Below, piece after piece: positions 1 to 7,697 of a stretch of DNA of 64,000 nucleotides (positions are counted from its first letter, which is position 1; each line of letters starts with the position of its first letter). The stretch comes from Patescibacteria group bacterium (GTDB lineage Bacteria > Patescibacteriota > Minisyncoccia > Phycocordibacterales > UBA2100). The stretch covers positions 234,361-298,360 of the forward strand of contig JBBTSD010000001.1 in NCBI GenBank assembly GCA_038064835.1, read 5' to 3'. The notes under the pieces were generated by a model. That model had not been told where the DNA came from and did no database searches. It saw only the letters and a list, made by a program, of their open reading frames with translations. The position numbers and the translations under genes were made by a program.

Positions 1-284
1 TCACTGACCTGATAGACATCGCTCGCCATAGGTTCTGGTTTTATCCGACCCTTCTTTTAGTGAAGAATGCTTTTGATAATCAAAGTCTGCTTTCGCGTTA
101 TCTGGGACCGGTACTTGTTTTACACGGAGATGCCGATACCATTATACAAACGAGTCTTGGTAAAGAATTGTTCGAATCACTTCAATCCAAGGAGAAGCAT
201 ATGGAAATTATTCAGGGTGCAGGGCATAACACTATGTTTGAATACCCTGCAACATACGAAAGTATTGGAGCGTTTGCACGGTAA
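1..284 (+). CDS. C-terminal fragment of an alpha/beta-hydrolase (5' partial, continues upstream of window)
   Basis: Open frame runs from the window edge. It has HGDAD and GAGHN motifs typical of the Asp/His region of alpha/beta-fold hydrolases. Stop at 282-284. Confidence 0.4.
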   Translation, partial: TDLIDIARHRFWFYPTLLLVKNAFDNQSLLSRYLGPVLVLHGDADTIIQTSLGKELFESLQSKEKHMEIIQGAGHNTMFEYPATYESIGAFAR

Positions 285-320
285 TAAAGCTACCCAAGTA
301 GACGACCCGAAGGCAGGGAC

Positions 321-349
321 TTGCATTCCTTGTCAGGGTGTTGTATAAT
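321..349 (+). promoter_or_regulatory. Sigma70-like promoter TTGCAT-17bp-TATAAT, probably producing a leaderless mRNA starting about 7 nt before ATG 357
   Basis: TTGCAT at 321-326, 17-bp spacer, TATAAT at 344-349. The first ATG of the downstream ORF follows at 357 with no room for an RBS. Confidence 0.45.
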
Positions 350-356
350 TGAGGAT

Positions 357-857
357 ATGACACCATTCAAGAAAGGCGGGTTTAAAAAGCCCTTTAATAA
401 GGGCTCTTTTGGAGGACACGGCAAGAGGGAAAATCGTGGAGAAATGCATCCAGCGACTTGCTCGACATGTGGCAAATCATGCGAGGTGCCGTTTCGTCCT
501 ACTGGCGAGCGCCCTATTTATTGTCGCGATTGTTTCTCGAGCAATGCACCATCTCGCGATGGGCACGATGCCCCTCGCAAAAATTTCGGCGATTCATCTC
601 AGCGCTCGTTCCGTCCGTCACACGATGGTGGATCGCGCGACGCGCGTCCATCAGCACCACCACCAATGCCTTTGCATTACTCGCCAGAAATCAGCAAACT
701 CACCAAGCAAATCGAAGCTCTCAATGCATCTATTATAAAACTCGCAGGAGCACTCGAAGTATCATCAGTCACTGCACCGGTGTCAGTTGCTGTTGCTTCA
801 GATGAGGCAGAAGTACCAACCGATAAGAAACCTCGTCGCAAAAAGAAAACGGCGTAA
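357..857 (+). CDS. Small basic zinc-ribbon protein (CxxC...CxxC) with lysine/arginine-rich tail; hypothetical
   Basis: CSTCG...CRDC forms a four-cysteine ribbon, followed by a low-complexity R/S/P-rich region and a terminal KKPRRKKKT. The track ORF begins at TTG 321; the first ATG is 357. Confidence 0.45.
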   Translation: MTPFKKGGFKKPFNKGSFGGHGKRENRGEMHPATCSTCGKSCEVPFRPTGERPIYCRDCFSSNAPSRDGHDAPRKNFGDSSQRSFRPSHDGGSRDARPSAPPPMPLHYSPEISKLTKQIEALNASIIKLAGALEVSSVTAPVSVAVASDEAEVPTDKKPRRKKKTA

Positions 858-873
858 CAAAAAGAGGACACAG

Positions 874-896
874 AAAAACCCCGTACGGGGTTTTTC
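874..896 (+). terminator. Rho-independent terminator
   Basis: aaaaaccccgtacggggttttt: GC stem flanked by A and T tracts, immediately after the stop at 857. Confidence 0.7.
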
Positions 897-964
897 TGTT
901 TCCGTGACTCGGATTGTTTCAAGAGGCATGGATTCATGGCGTAATAATGGTACAGTGCAACGCT

Positions 965-2428
965 ATGGCTCGCGCAGAATCACTACTGTCATTCGAAGGA
1001 GTCTCCTTTGAATACGGTCCCAACAAGCCGATACTCGATACGGTGGATTTTTCTGTACGCCGCGGCGCCAAGGTCACTTGCATGGGGCAAAACGGTGCGG
1101 GCAAGAGCACTATTTTTCAGTTGGTAACAGGGGCGCTTTCTCCCGAGAGTGGCAAGATCAATATTCCGCACGGCCTCTCGATTGCGGTATCGCGACAGGT
1201 CATTTCTCGCGACCAGCTTGATCTGACGGTGCGTGATTTTTTCCGCGCTTGCTTCGACACACCCATCTACGATATCGACCCACGCATCGACGAGATGCTC
1301 GAGGTGGTGCATCTGCGTGGACACGAAAAAATCCATGACCGCATCATGCGATCATTTTCGGGTGGGCAACAGGCACGACTGCTTCTCGCTTCCGCCCTGA
1401 TTCAAAACCCAGATTTGCTATTACTTGACGAGCCAACTAACAACTTAGATAAGGCCGGCATTGAGCACCTTACAGATTTTTTGGTCCACTATTCAAAAAC
1501 AGTCATGGTGATTTCGCACGACGCGGAATTTCTAAATGCCTTTAGCAACGGTGTGCTGTATTTGGATGTACGCACTCGCAAGGTCGAGCAATACTCAGGA
1601 AACTATCACGATGCAATCAAGGAAATCGCGGCGCGCATCGAGAAGGAGAATCGCAAAAACGCTCAGCTTGCGAAAGAGATTCAAGAAAACAAAGACAAGG
1701 CAAACTTTTTTGCGAACAAAGGAGGGCAGATGCGTCTGGTCGCCAAACGCATGCGCACCAAGGCGGAAGAGCTAGAGGAAGAAAAGGTTGATGTGCGCAA
1801 AGAGGACAAGACAATCCGTCCCTTTACCTTTCCCGTGCAAGAACGCCTTGGCGGGAATGTGGTCACCTTTTCTTCGTACACAGTGATCGGCAAGAAGAAC
1901 AAGCCGGTGACAAAGAAATTCAATCTGGTGCTTCGTCGTGGTGTGCGCCTGTTGTTGCGCGGACCAAACGGTATTGGCAAGACTACTCTGCTTGAGACAA
2001 TCGCCAAGCGAACAGCTGTGGGTATCGAAGTTCCACCTGAAGTAAAAATTGGGTATTATCGGCAGGATTTTTCGACACTCAATTTTGACGAGACAGTGAT
2101 GAGTGCACTGATGCACGCGTCACCAAAAAAAGATGAGGAATTTGTGCGTAGTCTAGCCGCAGGTTTTCTGGTCACGGGTGAAATGATGCGCACCAAAATC
2201 GGGAATCTTTCCGAGGGGCAAAAAGGACTGGTGGCGTTTGCGCGCCTGGTGCTCGAGCGACCAGGACTTCTCATTCTGGACGAGCCGACCAACCACATCA
2301 ATTTTCGACACATTCCCGAGATTGCCAAAGCGCTTGATCAGTTTGAAGGAGTAATGATTTTAGTGAGCCATGTCCCTGATTTTGTCGCACAAATTCGTAT
2401 TGATGAAGTGTTGGACTTGGAAAGATAA
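965..2428 (+). CDS. ABC-F family ATPase (two ABC domains; translation-associated EttA/Uup-like)
   Basis: Two Walker A motifs (GQNGAGKST, GPNGIGKTT). Two ABC signatures (LSGGQQARL, LSEGQKGLV). Two Walker B (LLLLDEPTN, LLILDEPTN) with a charged linker between them. No transmembrane domain. Track ORF starts at TTG 914; ATG 965 gives MARAESLL. Confidence 0.85.
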   Translation: MARAESLLSFEGVSFEYGPNKPILDTVDFSVRRGAKVTCMGQNGAGKSTIFQLVTGALSPESGKINIPHGLSIAVSRQVISRDQLDLTVRDFFRACFDTPIYDIDPRIDEMLEVVHLRGHEKIHDRIMRSFSGGQQARLLLASALIQNPDLLLLDEPTNNLDKAGIEHLTDFLVHYSKTVMVISHDAEFLNAFSNGVLYLDVRTRKVEQYSGNYHDAIKEIAARIEKENRKNAQLAKEIQENKDKANFFANKGGQMRLVAKRMRTKAEELEEEKVDVRKEDKTIRPFTFPVQERLGGNVVTFSSYTVIGKKNKPVTKKFNLVLRRGVRLLLRGPNGIGKTTLLETIAKRTAVGIEVPPEVKIGYYRQDFSTLNFDETVMSALMHASPKKDEEFVRSLAAGFLVTGEMMRTKIGNLSEGQKGLVAFARLVLERPGLLILDEPTNHINFRHIPEIAKALDQFEGVMILVSHVPDFVAQIRIDEVLDLER

Positions 2429-2467
2429 CCAACTGGCCCCTGCCCCATTTCGTGCTATAAATGGTGC

Positions 2468-4222
2468 ATGAAAAATATCCTTGCGTTCCTATTGCTTGTT
2501 GCGGTGCTTGCTTCAGCAGTACCTGTTCCGGCTTTTGCGCTTACTAAAAAAATCGAGACTGCGGGGAGCCCGTACACAATTGTCGACAAACGCGACTACC
2601 CGATTATTTTCATTCACGGTGCGGCGGGTGCCGAGCTTGAAAAGAACGGTGCAAGCTTGTGGCCAGGGAACCTGGGTGGGGTAGTAAACGATTCGGCGGC
2701 GGCCCAGTTGGCACTCAATAGCGATGGCAAGACAGACTGTTGTGGCACCATCGACGCGCCACGAATCATGAAGTATGCATCGGGTTATGATTCAGTGGGC
2801 GCAGGGTTTATCTCTGTCTACGCCGGGTTCTACACCTACATGGAAGAGCAGGGTTTTGGGTATGAGAAGAAACACGACGGAAAAGTGTTTTACGATTTTG
2901 TGTACGACTGGCGCGAAGACAATCGCACTTGGACGAAAGATTTGGACAAGAAAGTAGACCAAGTACTAAAGGAGACCGGTGCGGAAAAAGTGTACCTCAT
3001 TGGTCACTCGATGGGTGGCTTGCAGGCGCGCTTGTATATGAAAGACGCAGGGCGTGCCAAAAAAGTTGCAGGAGTCATCTTCCTTGGCACCCCACACCAC
3101 GGGGCACCCCAGGTGTATTGGGCATATACCTATGGCTACAATTTCGGGAACCCAAAAGTAGGCATTACGCGCATGTGGGAGGTGATGAAGAACTGGCCAG
3201 CAGGATACCAGTTGCTCCCCGATTATCCGACTGTCCAGGACGAAAGCGGAAAATTCTGGACGCTAGATCAGATGTACAGCGGAGGCACTTTCTACAGTGA
3301 GCAAGAATATTCGCACAAAATCGATGGCGCGATGCAGAGAAAAGACTATTTGATGACATCCGGTCTTCCGAATACGCGTTTTGCAAAAGATGCTGTTGAG
3401 TTCCATAAATATCTCGGCGATAGTGTCGACAAATATCCGGGAGTGAAATATGTGCACATTGCTGGCACCGGACAAAAAACTCTGCAGTATCTCGAGGCAA
3501 CGATGGTGAATCGTCCAGGCTTTGACCTGCCGATTCTCACAATGAAGCGCATCGAAAATACCCATGGTGATGGCACAGTGGCAGCGGCGGGGGCGAAAAT
3601 CGAAGGAGTCGATGAGTATCTGACAGTTGTCGGGGAACACGCGGCGCTTCCAGGGATTCCCGAGGTCACCGGGCATATTACGCGTCTGCGCGAATCATGG
3701 AATGACGAAAAGGCACGCGTGGCTCTTGCACGAAAAGTGAAAGCGTATGCAGAAAACCGTTTGCCACAGCTCGAAGCCATGCGAAGCGCCGGCCTTTCGA
3801 GTGGAGCAAAGCCTGCTGACAACGAAACATCACTCGTCAGTATTTTGTTCCGAGCGCTTTTCTTTGGTGCTCCAGACGAGCAAAAGATTAAACAGCGCGA
3901 TGATCTGCGCCGCTATGTGGCAAAGATATTCGAAGACGGAAATGTGAATGTAAAGATTTTGGCGAGTGATGGTCGTTCCGAAGAAGATTTGTTTGCGGTA
4001 ATTCGCGGATTCAAGGTGATAGAGACAGGTACAGGTATCGCGTCACCACAACGCGCCTTGGTAACCGTGAAAGACTATGCCACATTCGAGGCGCTGACGA
4101 ATGGAAATATGGATGCGCGCGACGCGCTCAAGTCTGGTGCCATTAGCCTTTCAGGGGGCGGCCTTATTGATGGTCTCAAAACAAAAGTCTATAGCTGGTG
4201 GCTGAAGTATGGAGCAAAGTAG
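2468..4222 (+). CDS. Secreted alpha/beta-hydrolase, lipase/esterase-like (GHSMGG nucleophile elbow)
   Basis: N-terminal signal peptide MKNILAFLLLVAVLASAVPVPAFA. IGHSMGG lipase motif, then FLGTPHHGAP, as in class-2 lipase / PGAP1 / LCAT-like folds. Confidence 0.7.
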   Translation: MKNILAFLLLVAVLASAVPVPAFALTKKIETAGSPYTIVDKRDYPIIFIHGAAGAELEKNGASLWPGNLGGVVNDSAAAQLALNSDGKTDCCGTIDAPRIMKYASGYDSVGAGFISVYAGFYTYMEEQGFGYEKKHDGKVFYDFVYDWREDNRTWTKDLDKKVDQVLKETGAEKVYLIGHSMGGLQARLYMKDAGRAKKVAGVIFLGTPHHGAPQVYWAYTYGYNFGNPKVGITRMWEVMKNWPAGYQLLPDYPTVQDESGKFWTLDQMYSGGTFYSEQEYSHKIDGAMQRKDYLMTSGLPNTRFAKDAVEFHKYLGDSVDKYPGVKYVHIAGTGQKTLQYLEATMVNRPGFDLPILTMKRIENTHGDGTVAAAGAKIEGVDEYLTVVGEHAALPGIPEVTGHITRLRESWNDEKARVALARKVKAYAENRLPQLEAMRSAGLSSGAKPADNETSLVSILFRALFFGAPDEQKIKQRDDLRRYVAKIFEDGNVNVKILASDGRSEEDLFAVIRGFKVIETGTGIASPQRALVTVKDYATFEALTNGNMDARDALKSGAISLSGGGLIDGLKTKVYSWWLKYGAK

Positions 4223-4224
4223 GT

Positions 4225-4411
4225 CCCTAAGGGCACTTCCATAAATAACACCATCATCTTTCGCCCACTGCATCACCGTATACAACCCTTGCTCTGTCGC
4301 GAAATATCTCGGCGTACTTATAGTACGACTCGATATTTCACTCGGTCGCAAGGGCCGTCTACGGTGCGCATTAAGCGAAATCTGAAGCAGTTATTTACGG
4401 AAGTGCCCTAA
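4225..4411. mobile_element. MITE-like element, family A, copy 1 (about 187 bp, 22-bp terminal inverted repeats)
   Basis: About 99% identical to 40423..40609 (one internal mismatch). The ends ttagggcacttccataaataac and gttatttacggaagtgccctaa are inverted complements. There is an internal palindrome around gaaatatctcgg...cgactcgatatttc. Confidence 0.65.
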
Positions 4412-4560
4412 GAAGCTGTCTAACTTCAGTGGGCTACTGAAGAGCTTGAATTGGTCTACACGGAGCGCGGAGGAGTGCTCAAGCTCATGTGCGTCAATAG
4501 TTTTCGCCAGAGCACAACAGAGCAGGGGTCACAAGCCTCTGCTTTTGCTATAATTGAGTC

Positions 4561-4911
4561 ATGACTATCGATGAGCTGACCGAATTCATCGACGAACAAG
4601 ACGCGCTCTTCCGCACGGTAAAAGATACTCACCAGACTGAACGGGAACGGACTTTTTCTCGCACGATTAAAATGGCAGAAGAATTTGGAGAGCTCTGCAA
4701 CGAAGTTCTTGCGTCGGTGGGAGATCAGCGTAAAGAGAAGCTAGATGCCCACGATGGACAGAGTCTTCGCGATGAGTTTGCCGATGTCATCATCACCACA
4801 TTCCTGCTTGCAAAATCTATGCGGGTGGATGTGATGGGCGCACTAGATCACAAGGTGAAAAAAATTCGCGAAAAACATAACAAGCAACTTCTTGCGGATA
4901 GACAGCTATGA
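4561..4911 (+). CDS. MazG-like nucleoside triphosphate pyrophosphohydrolase (small all-alpha type)
   Basis: EEFGELCNEV and EFADVII match the helix pair of MazG/HisE-like NTP-PPases at about 116 aa. There is a 4-bp ATGA overlap with the next gene. Confidence 0.55.
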   Translation: MTIDELTEFIDEQDALFRTVKDTHQTERERTFSRTIKMAEEFGELCNEVLASVGDQRKEKLDAHDGQSLRDEFADVIITTFLLAKSMRVDVMGALDHKVKKIREKHNKQLLADRQL

Positions 4912-5207
4912 AAAAGAGTTATCGTATGAAAGCGAAAATATGGCTGTATCCAGGCGACACGGCGTGGCATTTTGCGAGTGTTGGCGAGAAGCATGCCGCT
5001 GTTATAAAAAAAGCGCACGGCGCACACGCGCGAGGATTTGGCTCACTACCAGTGCGCGCGACGGTCGGGAAAACTTCCTGGGACACTTCGATTTTCCCAG
5101 ACAAAAAAAGTGGCACCTACCTTTTGCCACTCAAGTTGGCAATTCGCCGCAAGGAGGGGATTGCAGACGGTGACATTATTTTGCTGACCCTTGAAGTACG
5201 CGTGTAA
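4908..5207 (+). CDS. DUF1905-family protein
   Basis: WHF..V, GSLPVRATVGKTSWDTSIFP and LPLK..IRRKEGI..GD match the DUF1905 signature. Confidence 0.55.
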   Translation: MKKSYRMKAKIWLYPGDTAWHFASVGEKHAAVIKKAHGAHARGFGSLPVRATVGKTSWDTSIFPDKKSGTYLLPLKLAIRRKEGIADGDIILLTLEVRV

Positions 5208-5254
5208 CCCCCCGCTACCTACTGTGTACGAGTGCGGGTGTATACTGGCTTTGT

Positions 5255-5650
5255 ATGAAAGGATATACAGGAAACATCGAGACAGACACACGGGCCAATG
5301 CCGATTTTCGGCGCGTACTTTATACGGGGAGACATAGCCAGCTAGTTCTCATGAATCTGCGGCCCGGCGAAGAAATTGGTCTCGAGGTGCATACTGACAC
5401 AGATCAATTTTTCAGGTTTGAGACGGGGCAAGGGCAAGTGATTATTGACGAATCTGTGTATGAGGTGGCTGACGGAGTAGCGGTTATTGTGCCTGCAGGC
5501 GCCCAACATAATGTGGTGAATACAGGGGATATAGATTTAAAGTTGTACACCATCTACTCACCGGCTCATCATAAGGACGGTATCGTACGCACAACAAAAG
5601 AAGATGCTGTGGCACAGGATGCGCCGTTTGATGGTGTGACAACTGAGTGA
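5255..5650 (+). CDS. Cupin-domain protein
   Basis: The G(X)5HXH..E and later H pattern (EVHTDTDQFF ... PAGAQHNV) indicates a single cupin barrel. Confidence 0.5.
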   Translation: MKGYTGNIETDTRANADFRRVLYTGRHSQLVLMNLRPGEEIGLEVHTDTDQFFRFETGQGQVIIDESVYEVADGVAVIVPAGAQHNVVNTGDIDLKLYTIYSPAHHKDGIVRTTKEDAVAQDAPFDGVTTE

Positions 5651-5651
5651 T

Positions 5652-5972
5652 ATGAAAAGTGAAATCGAGAAATCAATAGGCACGCTTTTTCAAAAAAAGG
5701 TGTGGCATGAGTTGTGCAAAATTAAAAAGGGTCAGGTGATTACCTACGCCGAGCTTGCGCGGAGGATTGGAAAACCAAAAGCCATTCGCGCAGTGGGAAA
5801 TGCGGTGGGGAAGAATCCTTTGGCGCCAGAAGTACCGTGCCATCGTGTGATACGCACTGATGGAAGTCTGGGCGGATATTCAGGCAAGGGTGGTGTCAAA
5901 ACAAAGTTGGCATTACTAAAAAAGGAGGGAGCTGCTCTCGCGCTCATCAAAAACATCTCCGCCAGAGGATGA
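5652..5972 (+). CDS. ogt: Methylated-DNA-protein-cysteine methyltransferase, C-terminal (active-site) domain only
   Basis: The PCHRV active-site motif has the cysteine present. The helix-turn-helix YAELARRIG and the downstream GGY..G motif are also present. The 106-aa length lacks the N-terminal domain of classical Ogt. Confidence 0.7.
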   Translation: MKSEIEKSIGTLFQKKVWHELCKIKKGQVITYAELARRIGKPKAIRAVGNAVGKNPLAPEVPCHRVIRTDGSLGGYSGKGGVKTKLALLKKEGAALALIKNISARG

Positions 5973-5986
5973 AGAAGAAGTAGAAA

Positions 5987-6012
5987 GGGCCCCACCGAAG
6001 TTGGTGGGGCCC
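5987..6012. terminator. Bidirectional GC hairpin between convergent genes
   Basis: gggccccaccgaagttggtggggccc has an 11-bp stem, but the T-tract is weak. Confidence 0.4.
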
Positions 6013-6038
6013 CTGTCGTCAGTGTCGCGTTGCCGGTA

Positions 6039-6704
6039 TTAGCGGCCCGCCCATCCTGTAGGCACCATGCACCCAGTGCCGACATCCGCCGGGAAGGCGC
6101 TCGGGTCCGGATCGAGGCGGAAACCTCGGCGGATGAGCCCTTCTCGGTCGTCGTATCGGACGATCAGGGTCTGCAGAGTCGAGGGATCGCGGTCGAAGTC
6201 GACCTCGGTCACCTCGTGCCGAGCACGATCGCCGAAGCCGGTGCCGATTCCGCGAGTCGCTCCTTTCGAAGCGCCCATAGACTCGGGCACGCCACCAAAC
6301 CCGCGCGTCACCGCGAATCGCTTGTGCTCGAGGAAGAACGCCGCGCCGATGATGCCGAGGTTGCCCCCGCGCTTCATCTGGGTGGCATACGCCTCGGGTT
6401 GCGACGCGAAGACGAATTTAGCAACCTCGTTGTTGTTGAGGCGCCAACCCGGTATGGTCGTCGTCTTCTGGGCACCGATCACATAGCCGTCGCCGCCGGA
6501 TGAAGCCAGCTTACCATCGATGATCGACAGGCCGTCGACGGCGATGACAGCGAGCGCGCGGTGATTGCTCCGGTTCGAGATGCGAAGCTCGTAGTCGGTG
6601 CTCCGCAGACCTTCGATGAACGGGTCGGCATAGTTGGCGTTGACATACTCACGAGCCGGCTTGCCAGCGACGAGGACGGTCAGTTCGAAATTGGCCTTGA
6701 ACAT
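6039..6704 (-). CDS. Hypothetical protein encoded in a high-GC island (probable horizontal acquisition)
   Basis: 221-aa ORF with ATG start. The local GC is far above the roughly 50% background, with a strong GC3 bias. Long spurious ORFs appear on other frames, as expected for high-GC DNA. Confidence 0.5.
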   Translation of the reverse strand: MFKANFELTVLVAGKPAREYVNANYADPFIEGLRSTDYELRISNRSNHRALAVIAVDGLSIIDGKLASSGGDGYVIGAQKTTTIPGWRLNNNEVAKFVFASQPEAYATQMKRGGNLGIIGAAFFLEHKRFAVTRGFGGVPESMGASKGATRGIGTGFGDRARHEVTEVDFDRDPSTLQTLIVRYDDREGLIRRGFRLDPDPSAFPADVGTGCMVPTGWAGR

Positions 6705-6864
6705 GTGCTTGGCTTCCTTCGTCTGTTTTTTCTCTCGAAGTTACGCCACTCGATCGTCAGAGCTGCGCAATCTTCATTATATACCACATAAATGTTCTTG
6801 TCAAGTTTCAAAGGAAAAACGCCTAACTATGGTATGTTTTCCCGAGATAGAATGGAGGAGAAGT

Positions 6865-7458
6865 ATGGACATTATTCTGGCGACAAGAAATGTCACCAAA
6901 ACCAGGCAGATTCGGGCAATTTTTATAGGCTCGCCCGTCACAGTCTGGTCGCTTGACGATGCGCGGATTCAGGGTGATTTCGTTGAAGACGGCGCCACCC
7001 TCGAAGAGAACGCGCTCAAAAAGGCGTTGTTTGCCTGGAAGCGTTCGGGTGAAAGATGTATGGCAGACGACACTGGTCTATTCATCGATGCGCTTGGTGG
7101 TGAACCAGGAATTCATGCGGCTCGTTGGGCGGGCGAAGGAAAGAATACTGAAGACATAATGCGGTACACACTCAACCGTCTCGAAGATGTGCCGACGGGG
7201 AAGCGACAAGCAACTTTCAAAACCGTGGCCGCATTTGTTGATCTCACGGGTGCTCATTCTTTTTTCACAGGCCAACTGCGCGGAACAATCTTGCGAGAGC
7301 CCCGCGTACCGTGTCAATCCAAGATGCCGTACAGTGGAATTTTTCTGCCCGATGGGCACGACAAGGTATGGGCTGAAATGTCGGTTTCAGAAGAGAATGC
7401 TATCAGTCATCGTGGAAAGGCTTTTTGGCAATTACGGGATAGCTTGATGTGCGAATAA
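6865..7458 (+). CDS. rdgB: Non-canonical purine NTP pyrophosphatase (dITP/XTP), RdgB/HAM1 family
   Basis: Begins MDIILATRN.K..E, consistent with the family. GGAGGAG RBS lies 4 nt before ATG 6865. The track ORF is extended upstream. Confidence 0.8.
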   Translation: MDIILATRNVTKTRQIRAIFIGSPVTVWSLDDARIQGDFVEDGATLEENALKKALFAWKRSGERCMADDTGLFIDALGGEPGIHAARWAGEGKNTEDIMRYTLNRLEDVPTGKRQATFKTVAAFVDLTGAHSFFTGQLRGTILREPRVPCQSKMPYSGIFLPDGHDKVWAEMSVSEENAISHRGKAFWQLRDSLMCE

Positions 7459-7460
7459 TC

Positions 7461-7488
7461 AGCGGCCGTTATATGGCCGCTTTTTTAT
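7461..7488 (+). terminator. Rho-independent terminator
   Basis: agcggccgttatatggccgc followed by ttttttat. Confidence 0.7.
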
Positions 7489-7501
7489 ACCCGTATTTTT
7501 C

Positions 7502-7666
7502 CTAGTACCCCATTCATAAAATTTTGTCCATAAAACCGCATAATCGTGGCTGCGGCTCGGCAAAAATTCCTTGCCAATGCCCCTGCATTGCCTCGGTATT
7601 TTTACCTTCGCCTCGCTCACGATTCTCCGGTTTTCTCAGGACAAAATTTTACGAACGTGGCACTAG
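7502..7666. mobile_element. MITE-like element, family B, copy 1 (about 165 bp)
   Basis: The first 88 bp are near-identical to 39652..39739. The ends ctagtaccccattcataaaattttgtcc and ggacaaaattttacgaacgtggcactag are degenerate inverted complements. Confidence 0.6.
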
Positions 7667-7697
7667 ACGCCCGCGCGGTGTGCGGTATAGTTTTCGC

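Noticed and set aside
4151-4351. 66-aa minus-strand ORF (MRPSEISSRTISTPRYF...) and the identical N-terminal extension of clpP at 40367..40549
   Set aside because: Both are encoded by the two MITE-A copies. The ClpP homology begins only downstream of the element.
6030-6503. Plus-strand ORFs 6030..6503 and 6067..6486 overlapping the high-GC gene
   Set aside because: High-GC DNA generates long stop-free frames on all strands. The minus-strand frame has the ATG start, the flanking terminator and the promoter-like region.
7524-7697. N-terminal 58 aa of track ORF 7524..8573 (MSIKPHNRGCGSAKIPCQCPC...)
   Set aside because: The sequence is MITE-B copy 1. The real protein starts at ATG 7698 with a signal peptide.
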